Below, one piece after another: positions 1 through 17,901 of a stretch of DNA of 64,000 nucleotides. Below the pieces are notes generated by a model. The model was not told where the DNA came from and searched no databases. It saw only the letters and a program-made list of their open reading frames with translations. The translations under genes and the position numbers were made by a program. The stretch is from Enoplolaimus lenunculus (lineage: Eukaryota), in the NCBI GenBank assembly GCA_030248215.1, contig JASANG010004131.1, positions 186,001-250,000 of the forward strand, read 5' to 3'. The first letter of the stretch is position 1. Each line of letters begins with the position of its first letter.

Positions 1-9
1 AAAATTTAG

Positions 10-1820
10 ACTGTGGCTAAACGTAACTGAAGCATTGAGCGCTCAGGATCAGTATAAAGCAACTGAGGAAAAGACAGTTTTGGAAGAAGCTCAACGACAA
101 CAAGCGCGTGCGCTCAAGTCTCAGGGCAAAGAGCACGTTCCGGCATTTTTTGAACTGGACGAAACGAACGTGCGGTGGCTGTACAAGTATGCAGAGTGAG
201 TTATACTTTTCTGCGCTTTTATAAAAGATGATGGTTTTGAAATATGGTATTCATTGTGTGTCGCATATGGTTTACTGGTTATTTCGATTCTACTGCTTGT
301 GAAAGTGATGGTGGTATTATGCTAAAAATGGGTATACGGTTAAAGTTCCTTTCCAACAAAATAATGTCTACTTTCTCTGCCAAATTTGATTCCCCAGTGA
401 TCGATTATGCAACAAGAAAAATGGAATTGCAAGAAAAGGTGTTGGAATTTGTTAAACAACAGTAACTACTCGATCGTCAAATGTGTAGTCTTGAATAACA
501 AAAGTTTCTATTGAAAAAGATACCCAACAAACCCCAATCACCATTCGAGCAGATTTAAATGAAGGTAAAAAATACGTCTTTTAAAAGGAAGGTTTATATC
601 CGCTAAATTAGGTTTACGAAGCTGTTCGAAATTTAATGCTTTCAATTTTAGCTATCGCCCTTGGGATCCTTCGAACGACGTGATTCAATACGAACATGAC
701 CTAGTTGTCGAAACAAAAGTACGGCGCAAAGCTCCGCCTGTTCGCAGTAACAGTATTATGTCAGGCGCAGATGAATGTGTCGGCGTTGCAGGTGGTGGTG
801 GTGTTTCCGCAAGTGGAAGCATCAGTACTGGGCAACGCAGCTCTAGTGGTGCCGGTGTTATTGCGGCGGGAGGCAATGCACGACGCCGCGATTCTCGAAC
901 AACTGGAGGCGGCAATAGTTGTTCTGAAGATGATGATGAAGATGGGGAGAGCATGGTTGATGGACGCAGAGTTGACTTGAATGAAGGCGGGTCGTCGTCG
1001 GCGTCGCAAGAACAACGTGAGTTGAAGTTGTGGTTTATATCTGGTACGGTTGCTGTTTTAATGGCTACCGGGCGGCGTTACCTTGTCTAGTATTTAAAAG
1101 TTTTGTGGTTGCGCGGTACTTGCAGCGCGGTGCCGCGCACGAGACTTTTGCGCTGCACACAAGGTAGAACATATTCCTTAGCCTGAGTCTGCAGTCTGTT
1201 TCAAGAAACGGGTATCTGTTTTTGCTCCAGGAACTTATAGTCACGTGAAACTTTTGGAACCGTAAGTAAAACTGATTTTTAATCTTTGTTGAGCTAGAAC
1301 CGCTTCTCTCCGGGCCGCATAGGCTTAGATTCATGAAAAGGCTTTTGTATAGATAAACTTAAGAATAGATCTTAACTAAAACGTCCAATTAAAACAAGAG
1401 CCAATATTTCTTATTTTAGTCTACAAAACTGGCAATCAGCAGTCACATCAAGTGTCACGATTTAGTGCTGGCAGTAATCGATCCAGAGCTAGTACAGGGG
1501 AATGGCATCGAGATTCGACAAGCAACGATGTCACCTTTGCTAACCGTATTCAACATCAAAGACAACAACCGCCGTCTGCAGACATGAGCCATGTTTTGAG
1601 TTCAATTCAAAAATCGGTCAACGATACTGTTGAACGGGTCAGTCAGATTCAAGCTGAATTGAGTTTGACTGGAATGTCAAGAGGAAAACGAAGAGCGGTG
1701 TTCAAAGATGGAGCAGTTGTGCTGACGTTGCCTGCGTTGGCGCTAGTCATTGCCGTTTTTATCGCAGTTCAAGCCGTGTTGATTGCGTTGTATCGCCGCC
1801 GGTATGGTACGATGGGGTAG
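10..1820 (+). CDS. OSBPL8: 3' part of oxysterol-binding protein-related protein, ORP5/ORP8 subfamily (C. elegans obr-3-like); 5' end lies outside the window
   Basis: Exons 10-195, 652-1016 and 1420-1820 join in frame via GT-AG introns. Translation LWLNVTEALSAQDQYKATEEKTVLEEAQRQ...FFELDETNVRWLYKYADYRPWDPSNDVIQYE matches the end of the ORD domain of ORP5/8 (ATxEKxxLEEAQR, RPWDPxND). A Gly/Ser-rich linker, a coiled-coil-like segment and a C-terminal hydrophobic tail anchor (VVLTLPALALVIAVFIAVQAVLIALY) follow. Confidence 0.9.
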
Positions 1821-3625
1821 CACCGGTGAACAGAGCTAGTCGATAAATTGATCTGATTATGCTGATTGCAACGCAAATATGAGCTTTTTATTTTTGTGGG
1901 AAGACTCAGGGTAGCGCCATACTTTTTGACCGTTTTAGAATTGTCATGTGGGACCGTATCATATGTAAAAAAATTTTTTACTTGCTGCGTCATGCGGCAC
2001 CGCGCGACAATAACAGCGTCGCCCAAATTTGTGTTTCTGTCTTGTCCAAGTATACATACATACTGTTGATCGAGTATAGTAAATAGAATACTACTTGTCG
2101 CAGTAATTTATGTGTAATGGGGGTTTCAGGTGAGCCATGAAGTTCTAAACCAAGTTGGTAAACCGTCACCAATCTACATTTTCGCTTTAAAACTTGCTAC
2201 CATCAATGGTATGTAACCATGCAACAGCGATCCGGTTTTTTGCTTTCCGCTAATCGGTTTAAATAACGATTTTCTTTAAAATCTTTAATTTACCTCGGCT
2301 ATTAAGATTTAGTGTTGTTGACATTGTCTGCATTTTAGCTAATCAACTAAAATAAAGTGTGACGCCTATTACATTATGCTACTTTCAGCTTGTATTCAGC
2401 TCAAAATGTTTGGTGATTCTAAAATTTCAGGTTGAGACATATGCTGTGGTACGCAGTATTTACAAGCGATGACAAAGCTTTTCAAGATGGAGCTAGTTAA
2501 AGTTTTTCCGGGTGACTGGGTGTCACACTCCCTCAGGGCCCCTTTCTTGCTACGGGTGCGGTTCCTGTAATGGAGGCTGTTCTATGAGTATATTGTGATT
2601 GTTCTCAAGTATAGTTGTAAATACGATGGTTTACTTATTTTCTGAATTTTTATTAAGTCTATTTGTGGGACATTTTTTATATGTGTACTATAAAGCACGT
2701 TTTTTTCACAGTATCATTTAGGTATTCTGTAGAACCAAGTGTATAGCCGGAGATTTAGGTGTCAAACGTCCTTTGTGATTTTTGCAGGAATTTTTAGATA
2801 GTTTTTCAGTTTGTAACATTACAAGCGCACGATCCGCTATTTTTGTAAAACGCTACTCCCGTTCCGAATTCCTCGCTAGGCCCATATCTGTAAACAGTAA
2901 TAATACTCAGACATGTAGTTATGTGCTGTCGTTATGGACCGTTTTAATTAGTTCTGTTTAGGTTGACTAAAAAGAACTGGGTTGAATTTAGACTCATAAG
3001 AAATGATGTTATTGGTTCTACTAACACATGTGGATTTTTTTATGCTTTCTTTACAGGACTGGTTTCGGTTTTAAGGAAGATATTGCAAAATGAGGGTGCA
3101 AAATAGGTAGCTGTTTAATTTGAGCGGCTGCTTTATAGTTTGTATGGGACGCATGTAGTTTTTCCTTTTAGGCGGGGTAAATATAGGCAGCGACGATAAT
3201 TTCCATATTGTCATTTTAGTCTAACTAGTCATAATAATATGTAATTTTTTGTTTATATAGTGCTCATTTGTTCTTCAATATTAGTTTTGCCAAGTTGAAC
3301 GGTTGAACCAGTCATTTGTGGTGGAAAAAGTGATACATCGAAACATCAAATAGTTAAACTTAGAGACCTATGATTTGTAGGTTTGTACAAAATTTATGCT
3401 ATCGCTGTCAGGTGTAGCCAGGATTTTATTCCACGAGCAAGAAACCTTTTGGACACGTTTTGTTGCTTTTAGGGTCTGTAAAAAGATTATTTTAAACTTT
3501 GATAAATGTGCTTTATATCTTGTCTAGAATTTCATGAGGGAATATATATCCTCTCTATCCATCCCCTAATATATGTCCGTGCGATACCTATAATTCAGAT
3601 ATCAAATTCTCCATGTTATCGTTAA

Positions 3626-3950
3626 GCCCCATTCACACGTGCAAGTTTTGGTAGCGAGAACTCGCAGCTGCAACTTGCACGGAATACTTGCAGCTACAAC
3701 TTGCACAAAATACTAGTAGCTGTAATTATTTTTAAAGGAACATTCCGATTGACCAATCAAACTGTAGGCGCAAGAAATTCAAACGACTTGCAACTGCGTT
3801 CACAAGAGCGAATTAAATTCAATAGCGTGAATTTCAATCAATAATTTGCAGCTGCCTGCAAGAACATCAAAGCTACTTTGAGACCAAAATTGCACATGGT
3901 AGTTTCACGTGCCGGTTTTCGTTGCAAAAACTTGCACATGTGAACATGGC
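3626..3950. mobile_element. PIF/Harbinger (Tourist)-like MITE
   Basis: Ends GCCCCATTCACACGTGCAAGTTTT and AAAACTTGCACATGTGAACATGGC are inverted repeats, flanked by TAA and TTA. A second copy lies at about 44708-44870. Confidence 0.75.
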
Positions 3951-4407
3951 TTATCCTGTATCTCATTGCTGAAATTTTTTTAATGTATGTATGTATGTAC
4001 GTAATGTGTTCATGTTTGGCATACATGTAGTCGCTCTTGCTTTATTCAGTGATTTTTGATTTATTTGCGTGGTGTGAACGTGCGATTGGTACTGTTTATT
4101 GCAATTTTTAAACCGTGAATCATATTCACGCTGGAATGGCAAAAATGTAGTTTTCGTTTCCGTGTACGTAGTAATTTGGAATAGTGTACTCGTACACTTC
4201 GTGGCACTGATTGCTGTTCGCTGTAGTAGCTGACGGCTGGGTATTTTCACAAGTGGTGGGTGGGAATTTAGTAAGCGTTAAAGTAAATATGAGCTACGAA
4301 TAAATATGTTGTCAGTTAGACAATTTAGTATTTAATGATTGGTAGCACGATGGTACAGATTTAGACTGGTTTAAGGATATGTTTGTTATTGTTTTGTATT
4401 TAGATTT

Positions 4408-4537
4408 GGGTTTTGTACAGTTTCCCCTGGTTGTAGTTTCTGACAAGTCTGTACAAGCCCTACGACTCGGCAGAAGCCTTTGACCTAAACCAAAGCCTAA
4501 GGCTTAATCTTAAATGTAGAAGGAGTGTACAAGAGCC
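4408..4537. mobile_element. MITE of the GGCTCTTGTACAC terminal-repeat family, with degenerate TAAGCC repeats
   Basis: Right end AGTGTACAAGAGCC and degenerate left end GGGTTTTGTACAGTTT. Relatives at 24830, 42494-42789, 44131-44310 and about 58368. Confidence 0.55.
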
Positions 4538-4805
4538 TCAACATAAGATTTATACGCTTCATAGTAAACAGGATTTAAATAGTTGACAGTATAATTGTGA
4601 TTTGTGAACATCCGTTCATTTGTATGTGATGTAAACACCGGTGTTGGTAATACTTGCAATCAGGGTGTAGCCGGATATCCGTTTTCATATCCGTTTCCAT
4701 ATCCGTTTCGAGGATTTCCACAGATTTCTTTAGATGTTTAACACTTAAATGTAATCCATAGAACGGTTCTCTTCATAAAATCAGTATTTAATGGAGTATA
4801 CGTTA

Positions 4806-5110
4806 CTGTAGTGACTCGAATGAGTGAGAAGACTGATATTTATTTGGCCTCTTCAGAGATTACCCCCGTTATTCGGTTACGGACTGTTATTTATTTTTAA
4901 CCCGCCCTTCCTTACTGATATATTCGGTATTGCAACTATCCGTTGAATTAAACGTTTATTTGTCTTGTATTAAAACAGTGAGTGATAATGCAAGGTTATA
5001 CTTAAGAATGGACTTTCAAAACTAAGTATGCTTTAAAGTTTCGAACTATCAAACCCAACTGTATTTGTTGCTGAATCATTTATGCACTAAAGTAACATTT
5101 ATGGATTTAA
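4806..5110. mobile_element. Partial TA-flanked (Tc1/mariner/pogo-like) MITE
   Basis: Begins TA-CTGTAGTGACTCGAAT. Its interior is the reverse complement of 20400-20660. Confidence 0.65.
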
Positions 5111-6088
5111 TTACGGTTTAGGGACTCTATTTTCTTATAAACTCTCCTTAGCAGGGTACAAATGGAGGTCTGGTTCCTGGAGAATTTTTGCCGGCGGTTT
5201 CGGCAATTTCGATAGTAAAATTTTGCAGTTTCAAAAATTTATCTGCTTGGCGTGTTTGGTTTTAACTTTTTGCACAATTTCGCTCAAAGAATTGCTGAGA
5301 TTTCGTTGAAAATATTAAGCGTAAAACCAAACAATTTAAACAACACGTATTTGTTAAAAATAAATTAAACATCATTTTATCTAGGCAAAACGGAATATAA
5401 TGGTACAACCAGAGTGTCACTGGATATCGGTTACCATTAAAATCAGTGTTCGTTTTCGTTAAAGAAATACCGCAAATTATTTTTATGCTCCAAAATTGGT
5501 TGTAAATAACATATCGCGCAGTTTCTCATTACAGGTATGCACGGACTGTTCGAAATGAAATAAAAATTATGAAATTCATCCAAAATCTTAAAATTTTCGG
5601 TGCACCCGCTATATTTTCTTCAAAATCTTACAAATCCCAACGAATATTTGCATGCCTCAAATGTATTTAAGGCGTCGCTCTGGCACAAAGCCGATCTTTG
5701 GATACAATTTGAAGAAAAAATTGCCGACGCTTTGTAAAAATTGAGCGCAGGCTGTTTAATCGTTTAATTTGTTAATTTTAGTACACATTAATATCTTTAC
5801 TACACAAATGCACTGCCAAATATTGCGGCTTTAACGCATGTAATGATACAATTTTCTGACTGCGCCGATGGCAGACCGATTGTACCTTGACACCAATATT
5901 AAAAAATTAAGACTTCCTGTAAAATTTTTAATTTTCAGTTTTTCATTTTTCCGAACCTCAGTTTTTGTTTGTTAAGCACTACATTTAGCTCCCAGTTCCC
6001 ATCAGAACGCAACTGAAGGTGAAAAATACCGGAGGTCAGAAAAAATTTGCCAGAGCCGGAGGCCGATTTTGTCTCCATCAGCTATTAA

Positions 6089-6351
6089 TCCTTTCTCACA
6101 CGAATATTTTCTATTTCTCCTGAGACCTACTTTCATGCTAGGATTCGAACTCCAATGACTGGAGTGGGAGTCGTATACCATCACCACTCAGCTATAGGAG
6201 CTTGACGCTCGAGCCCGAGGGGGCTCTCACGTCTTGTGGTGATTTAGTACTATGTATACGTGTTGCAATTGTTAAACACGGTGCGATATTTACTATTTAA
6301 CGTATACACACTGCGCTGAGTTGCCTACAGGCAACTCAATATGAGAAGGGG
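6089..6351 (-). mobile_element. piggyBac-like MITE containing a tRNA-like (Pol III A/B box) segment
   Basis: TTAA at 6085-6088 and 6352-6355. Ends TCCTTTCTCA and TGAGAAGGGG. On the minus strand TAGCTGAGTGG (A box) and GAGTTCGAATCC (B box). Shares a core with 48334-48566. Confidence 0.7.
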
Positions 6352-6492
6352 TTAAAAACGACTAGGGTAATTTTAATTTCTTCACTTTTATATAAATCTA
6401 CAATATATAAGAAACACAAATTACAATATAATTATAATGTTTGAGAATAGTTAAATTAGAATGCAATTTTCTGCGCTTATTTTTTTGACCAC

Positions 6493-6619
6493 GGCCCATT
6501 TTGATGTTAGTTTGAGAAGCATACCGTTATGCTTAGGCATAGTTATACGCTTATCCTTACGCTGAGGCTTAGGAATATGCGTATATATTTCTGTTACGCC
6601 CCTCAAAGCAACATTAGCC
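6493..6619. mobile_element. Merlin-like TTAGGC-bearing MITE (short, degenerate copy)
   Basis: Ends GGCCCAT and ACATTAGCC. Flanks TTGACCAC and TTGATCAC match 7/8. Internal GCTTAGGC units. Confidence 0.65.
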
Positions 6620-8407
6620 TTGATCACTATGCATTTCCGTTATGCTTACTGTCCGTTTACCCATTGCCGTTTAGCAAAAATTTAGTGTCGATGTTACTAA
6701 AAATTAAAAAGTACCGCAAACAATTGACTTACAACATATTAAACCGGAACTAAAATTTTAGTTCCAAAGACAACTCTTTCTGTGAAAACCATGTGTTAAA
6801 AACCATCAAAATCAATACATTATTTGCAAGTAGCAATAAGTGACAAACACGGAACAGAATGTATGGAATGTACGAAACTGCAAAATATCTGTTGCTTATT
6901 ACAGTTGCAAACGCGAGAGCAGAAATGAAATTCAGTTTTAACCATGTCCAAGGTAGTATCAGAGATAAATGTAATCTACGTCCTTTAGCATCTGTTAACA
7001 GCTTACATACAAAACAGTCATTAAAAAATTTGCACACGTTTGGTGCGATTTAACATTTAAGAATTTTCAAGCTCAACTTATCTGAACATTTTATAAATCG
7101 GTGCATCATCTCGAAATTTAAAATGACGCAAAACGATTGTTCGAAAATCGTGTACACAACAAGTACAGGCCCAGTGGTCCACATGTTCACGTGGCCACAC
7201 CCTTGCAGCAAGTTCAATTTTAAGCCCAATCCTACAAATGGCCGATTTCAATTTGAGGTCTAGATAAATAACGTTCACAGCCAATAAAAACGTTTCAATC
7301 ACACATACTACAAACAGGTTAATTAATGACACATTGCTACTATGCAGCAGTAGCCTGAATATTTTAAGTTCGTGCGTCAGCGCATTAGAGTCCATTCAAA
7401 ACCATATAGTGCACAAAATTGAAATTATAACCAATTTGTAAAGAGATGCAACAAATGTATAGTATTCCACGAATTTCAGTTTGTGTGAATTTTGCGCTAC
7501 GCAACAAAGTTTAAGGCGTGTAGACTTCTGTTACAAATTATGTTAACGACAAAACTGCACACGGCAATATTCCGACTACGCCAGGTTAGGATCACAAAGA
7601 TAAATAAGACACTTAACAACACACGGTCAAATTAGATAATAGACACTGGCACAGTGTATGAATACTTACGTTTGCAATCCATTCCAAAACACAGCGTTCA
7701 TATAAATAAAATTATATGTCAGAATCATAACGGCAAAACATAAAAAATTACTTGCGCTTTTCCATTGGACATTGGTATAATGGATGCTTTTTTTCTGAAA
7801 TATTTGGAAAATTAGTGTTCTGTTTAGCCACACATTATCAACGAATATCTTTTATACTTAAAGTAGTGCTTCATAACAGCAAACATATTGTTAAATGTAG
7901 CAACTGCTACCCACTGGCTGTTAACTAAGATTTATAGGTTTTTCATTCCGAGGGCGTACAGCTGATGTATCGTATAAAATCCTAACACTGTGACAAATAT
8001 TCCAAAGTTAGTCATAGTAAAATGTTTCAAAAGGACCGTCATGTTTTGGATTGAGCAGAATATGCATTAGCTAAATATAATATTTACAATGCTACGTATA
8101 CAACAATTTAAATGTTAAATACGTCACGTTAATTGCGTCGGGACGAGAATGGGCTTAAATCAAGGCTCAAGTTTTTAAAGTAGCTAACTTAAGTATTCAG
8201 ACCACTCAATAATATGCGTCATCACGGAATTTCAGCTTTAAGCTGCTGTATTTCAAATTTTGGGTAGCGCATAGCTACAACTTATCTTCTTAGTTTAGTT
8301 GGTGACAGGTTTACCAGTAAAAAATCTTAAATCTTCTACAGTGGCTTACTTAAACAAAGTGATCACGCCATATTTCAAAAGCTACAGAGATTTAACAGTC
8401 ATTAACC

Positions 8408-13139
<4,732 letters not shown>

Positions 13140-13851
13140 TATGATACAACAGTAATTATTTACGCACTTAAGACTACTGAAGCTAAATAGGTAGACTTTA
13201 GTATACCTATTGTTCGAAATATATACACTGTGTGTAAAGCAAATGTTGCAATTCCTATGCAGGAATGGGCTGCCTCGGTCACAAACGCGAGATCCAGCCC
13301 GCATGATCTAGGTTTCGCTCAATTTTTAACCGTTACCAGAAATAAAAATAAGATTTTTCTAACAAAAGCTTTGAGTGTTTTATATGCTCAGAATTACCGT
13401 TTAATTCATATATTAAATTAATAAATCGCCGCCAAACTTTTTTACATTATTTATTACTTATGAATGGTGTCACAAACTCAACGATTGAAAACTTTCACAA
13501 ACTATCATCAACTCGAATTATAACTGACGTTGTGTACATACGAAAACGAACATAACCAGATTATATGCGACCGTCAGTGCCAATATTAATGAAAACATTA
13601 CTTGTTGATGAACTCTGTAAAAAAGTCTTTCACTTTGCTTGTGCTGTATACTTTTATTTACTTGTTTACTTTCCCATGCCTATGTTTTTGCTGAGGCGCA
13701 AACCTAAGCCGAATCCATGCGTCCCTGTGCACATGCACATATACCGGCGTAGGAAGTTGTTACAATAACCGCGTGGTATTTGTGATAAGTTGGGTAGGCT
13801 AGGGTACGACGGTTTTTAATTCTGAGTGCTCAGCAACTGAAAATGAGGGAC

Positions 13852-13922
13852 GCTCCCAGGAGGTTTCGAACTCGGTCGACGGAATATCAGTCCAGCACGC
13901 TATCCACTGAGCACACGCTGCC
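13852..13922 (-). pseudogene. tRNA-derived sequence (SINE head or tRNA pseudogene)
   Basis: Minus strand GGCAGCGTGTGCTCAGTGGATAGCGTGCTGG...GAGTTCGAAACCTCCTGGGAGC has A and B boxes at tRNA spacing, but the acceptor stem does not pair. Confidence 0.55.
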
Positions 13923-14759
13923 TCACAATCAACTGCTGAGTTTTTCTGTTTTTATGTCTTATAAGAACCTCAACATTATACACATGTATCTTGGTTCTTC
14001 CATGTTCTTACTGCTGCTGCATATGAAGGCATTACATATGCAGCAGTGATTTCTACCGATGTGCAGCAACAACATGAGGTTATTACTTGTCTCAATGCAT
14101 CCGCATGTCACAGTATTGTGTTCACATGCTTGACTCGAATGCAAACGGGCCGATCTTCGATTACTGGGGTGGTTCTTAACTTTCTCTACCACTTCGAACA
14201 AGAGTCGTACAGATCGTAGGTATCGTTCCAACTATCCAGCACAATAAACGCCCACCTTTTATAAAAACACTTAATATAAACACAGTCGCCACAGAAACGT
14301 ATGCGAATGTATCAGTTGTAGCAGTGAAGCGAAAACAAAACCTTGTGATAAAAGACCTCGATTAATTTACTCAACTGCAGAGAAACACTATTAATCCCTA
14401 TTTCAGATAGGAAATCGGAAAGAATCTACTTTTGTCAACTAGCTACCACATTTCTGATTTAAATCAAAAGCACAAATCTAAAAGAATCTGTTTTAATTCC
14501 GCGTGCAACTCGGTGCGTTGTATTGCGTGCTCGTTGACCAGCACCTGACAACCTAGCGAGATGTAAACACCTCCGCATTCCAATAGTTATTTCGCATTAA
14601 AAATTCAGCAAAAAATTAATCCCATATAATGTCAGTGTAAGCATGTGAGACATGCTTGTCCTAGTGCATATAGAATAAATGCAGCGAACATTGTGTTGTA
14701 TGCTTGCTGGCAGCATACGGTCGTCACATATAGTCGACGAAAACGGTAGTTGGAGAGGC

Positions 14760-14921
14760 GGCCTGAGTGGCACAGTGGTAGAATGTTCGCTTAGGATCCG
14801 TAGGCTTAAAGTTCAATCCCTACTATGGAGGCCCTCTTTTCCAGCTGCTTTAGTTAAAAGGTCTGAAGTCCCGGTTCCTACCTAGACTGACAGTGGGTAG
14901 TAATAGTAGTTGTTGTTGTTG
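14760..14921 (+). mobile_element. tRNA-derived SINE
   Basis: Head GGCCTGAGTGGCACAGTGGTAGAATG...AAGTTCAATCCC (A and B boxes), a short body, and a TAGTAG(TTG)n simple-repeat tail. Confidence 0.55.
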
Positions 14922-14929
14922 ATAGCATA

Positions 14930-16015
14930 GCCAATAATTAAAACAAAACAAACAATAACAGAGCATGCCTGATTGGTGAATACCATATCGTAAACAAAAA
15001 TAAAACTGGCTACAATCTCTTTGCATTTCTTTTCGTAAACCGGTCCGAATCTAAATATTACCAAAGGTCCTACATTACCCCCCGCGCCGTCGCGGAGCGG
15101 CCTTGTTTAGCCAAACCTATTTGAATTGAATTTTTCAAAATGAACTTTTTTTATCACCAATTGATTTGCTTGCTGGTAAAGCTGCCTGTATTAGCTTGCT
15201 CACTTGGACATAGTTCTGCTTCAACACCAACGCGGTTGCGAGCGTCTCCGAATATCTTACATTATGCGTGAGGTGCTGCATTTTTGGGCCAACATACATT
15301 CTGAACTACGCCCCTCTGTACTCTGTATTAACTGCTGATCGTAGACCAAGCCGAACAAGGGGAAGCGAAATATGCCAATCGGTCGATTGACAATGCGCTC
15401 TTAACACGTTTTTAGTGAGCGGTGGAGCCTGTCTGGCTCCATTGCAAGCTGAGTAATATGAGATCGTTCGATTTCGCTTAATTCCTAATGCATTATTTCA
15501 GTCTGCAATGACGATTCAAATTGTGCCCCGCTGTCGGAAATTAGTATGGTAGGGACATTAAAACGGCTGACCCAGCCCTGAATGAATGCGTTTGCAACGG
15601 TTGCTGTGGACATGTCATTGATTGGTATGTAGTTCTGTTCATCGTGTGAAACGGTCGATCATTGTTAGTATGTATTCACAACCGTTAGAACTAGGTAACG
15701 GACCTACCAAGTTAATGTGTACAATGTGCAAGCGTGCATAAGTTGGAATCGTGCCTATTGGAGACGTAGTATGGCGCCCTACGTTTGCAGCCTGACACCT
15801 TAGACAATATTTAGCCTATGTATTAACGTCCTGGGCCATGCCAGACTAGTGCGTAGTTGTCGCGAAAAAACTAGTTAAGCTTTAAATGCTTTCATTATTT
15901 TGTTGTTCAATTGCGAAGTTTTCATCAAACTGCGACGAAATGGCGGCTATTGAACGTGAAAGCACATCTGCCACAATATTTTGGTTACCCGCCACATGTT
16001 CAAGAGTACAATTAA
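14930..16015 (-). mobile_element. Decayed Ty3/Gypsy LTR retrotransposon: RNase H end, integrase, polypurine tract and start of the 3' LTR
   Basis: Minus-strand translation with stops and frameshifts gives LEHVAGNQNIVADVLSR, CLRCQAANVGRHT, HIVHINLVGPLPSSNGCEYILTMIDRFTR*, AFIQGWVSRFNVPTILISDSGAQFES and WHISLPLVRLGLRSAV. A G-rich tract at 15075-15087 is followed immediately by TGT at 15074. The left boundary is approximate. Confidence 0.88.
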
Positions 16016-17615
16016 CCATCGTTTTTACTACCTAATTTCGTCTAACCTCCGGCTTCGGCTCCGGCAAGTTTCGTTGACCTCCGGCTCAGGCTCCGGCTCC
16101 GGTATTTTCCACCTCCGGTTGCACCATGCTGCGTATACTTACTGAGCTCGACACTTGAGCAAAACCGTTGCTTGAGTCTGAACCGGAAATTTACATATGG
16201 GCTGCTCAACACTGAAAATTTGTTTAACGTATGAAGCGAGAAAATGTTTTTTGGCGTTTTTCAACAAATGCCGAAAGTTTACAATACATTTCGTTACGTT
16301 TTCCTGTATAGCTATAGATTTTTCAAACAGCGCTTGAAGAAAGGTCTGACAGCACTTAATAAGTTACTTAATATTGGCGTAGCAAACATCGTTTTAATTG
16401 CACATATTTTGCTCTGACTCCGGCACAAACTCACCGACCTCCAATACCGGTTTTTAACCTTTGGTTGCAGCCTGATATAGACATTAGCGGAGTCAACAGA
16501 AACAAAGATAGATAAGTTAAACCTAAGCCCGTTATCAAGTGTGCAGTGCCAATTACCAGTTGGTGATAGGTCTTTCGAAACAGCGAATGATGAGGTATGA
16601 AATTCAGCACATTTGTTGCATTCAACTTACTCTACTTCTGTACAAATTTTGAGATCTGCAATTGTAGCAGTTCGTTAGTTAGAAACCTATTATACTCTGG
16701 CGATATATCGGTATGCTATATACATTTTGAGAGTTTGGGCCTTGGTGTCAGGTGATTAACCACGCATGCTGATACTTTGCTCAATTTATCATACTTTTAA
16801 GACCGTCTTGTGTTCGGGTGGGAGTGGGACAACAAAAAAGCTTAGATTATACACTATATTTTTCGCTTCAGCGTAGACGTAGGCTTAGGTGTACACTTTT
16901 TCAACGCTTAGGCTTCTTAGGCTTAGGTTTAGGAATATGCTTAACCTACAGTACCCCTATTAGTAACATAAGAGGAAAAAAAAAAAAAACCCCCCCCCCC
17001 CCCCCCACCAAAAACCCCCCCCCCCCAAAAAAAAAAAAACAACAAACTGACCCTCACTCTATGAGATTTACCATATTACACCTACCTTAAAGCCTAAGAC
17101 TTACTACCTTGCTCGGAAGTCACACCAATAATGTGAGAAAATATTTGAGGTGTTTTTTAATTTCAACCAAGTGTTACATAATAAACCGTTCCTTTATGGC
17201 AAAAGTTCTGTAACACAAAATTCAAAGCCCTGATAGTGATAACAGTCAACCAGAACAAAATCTAAAGAACTAAGCAGATGAAAATATAAGCCATGACATA
17301 TACTAATAGACCTTAGCCAAATTTGTGAATGTTAGATGAAGATTTTTTCATTTGAGGAAACTGTAAAAATTGAGAAAAAGAATGGATATAGGGCCAGTCA
17401 ACATTTTTTCTTGCAATATACTCTTAATTCCACTAAGTATAAAACTAACTCATGTTTAAACTTAGAACTCCTTTACAGAAAATTCGAATAGCCACCAAGA
17501 ACACTGGGATTTGCAATCGTGTTCACAAACGCAAATCATCATTTTTGACAGCATTAATAAATTTTGATTGTAGACAAATTTCAATATTATTTAATTTTAT
17601 TCATACGAATGTTTT

Positions 17616-17901
17616 GACCCATGTAAAGATCAGGGGCTGAACGTTTTTCTGTGGGACTAGAATAGAGCAAGATTAAGCTTTAGACTAATTTTTTAGCTTG
17701 GCCTAGGCTTAGGCTTAGGAATAAACTCATTATTTACGCTTAGGCTTAGGCTTTGGCTTAGGCTTAGGAATAAACTCATTATTTACGCTTAGGCTAGGCT
17801 TAGGCTTAGGAATAAACTCATTATTTACGCTTAGGCTTAGGCTTAGGCTTAGGCTTAGAAATATGCTTATAACTGTTCCACCCCGGTTGTTTACATTGAC
17901 A
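17616..17901. mobile_element. Merlin-like TTAGGC-bearing MITE with internal triplication
   Basis: Ends GACCCATGTAAAGATCAGGGG and TTGTTTACATTGAC. Three copies of AGGAATAAACTCATTATTTACG-(CTTAGG)n inside. Confidence 0.8.

Noticed and set aside
244..465. 73-aa ORF
   Set aside because: It lies within an intron of the ORP8-like gene and has no recognisable motif.
13959..14231. 90-aa minus-strand ORF, with faint retroelement-like words in other frames (HADAL, RSGR)
   Set aside because: The matches are too short and interrupted to support a call.
16976..17047. Poly-A/poly-C low-complexity tract (potential G-quadruplex on the minus strand)
   Set aside because: The alternating homopolymers look like long-read base-calling failure and cannot be trusted without reads.
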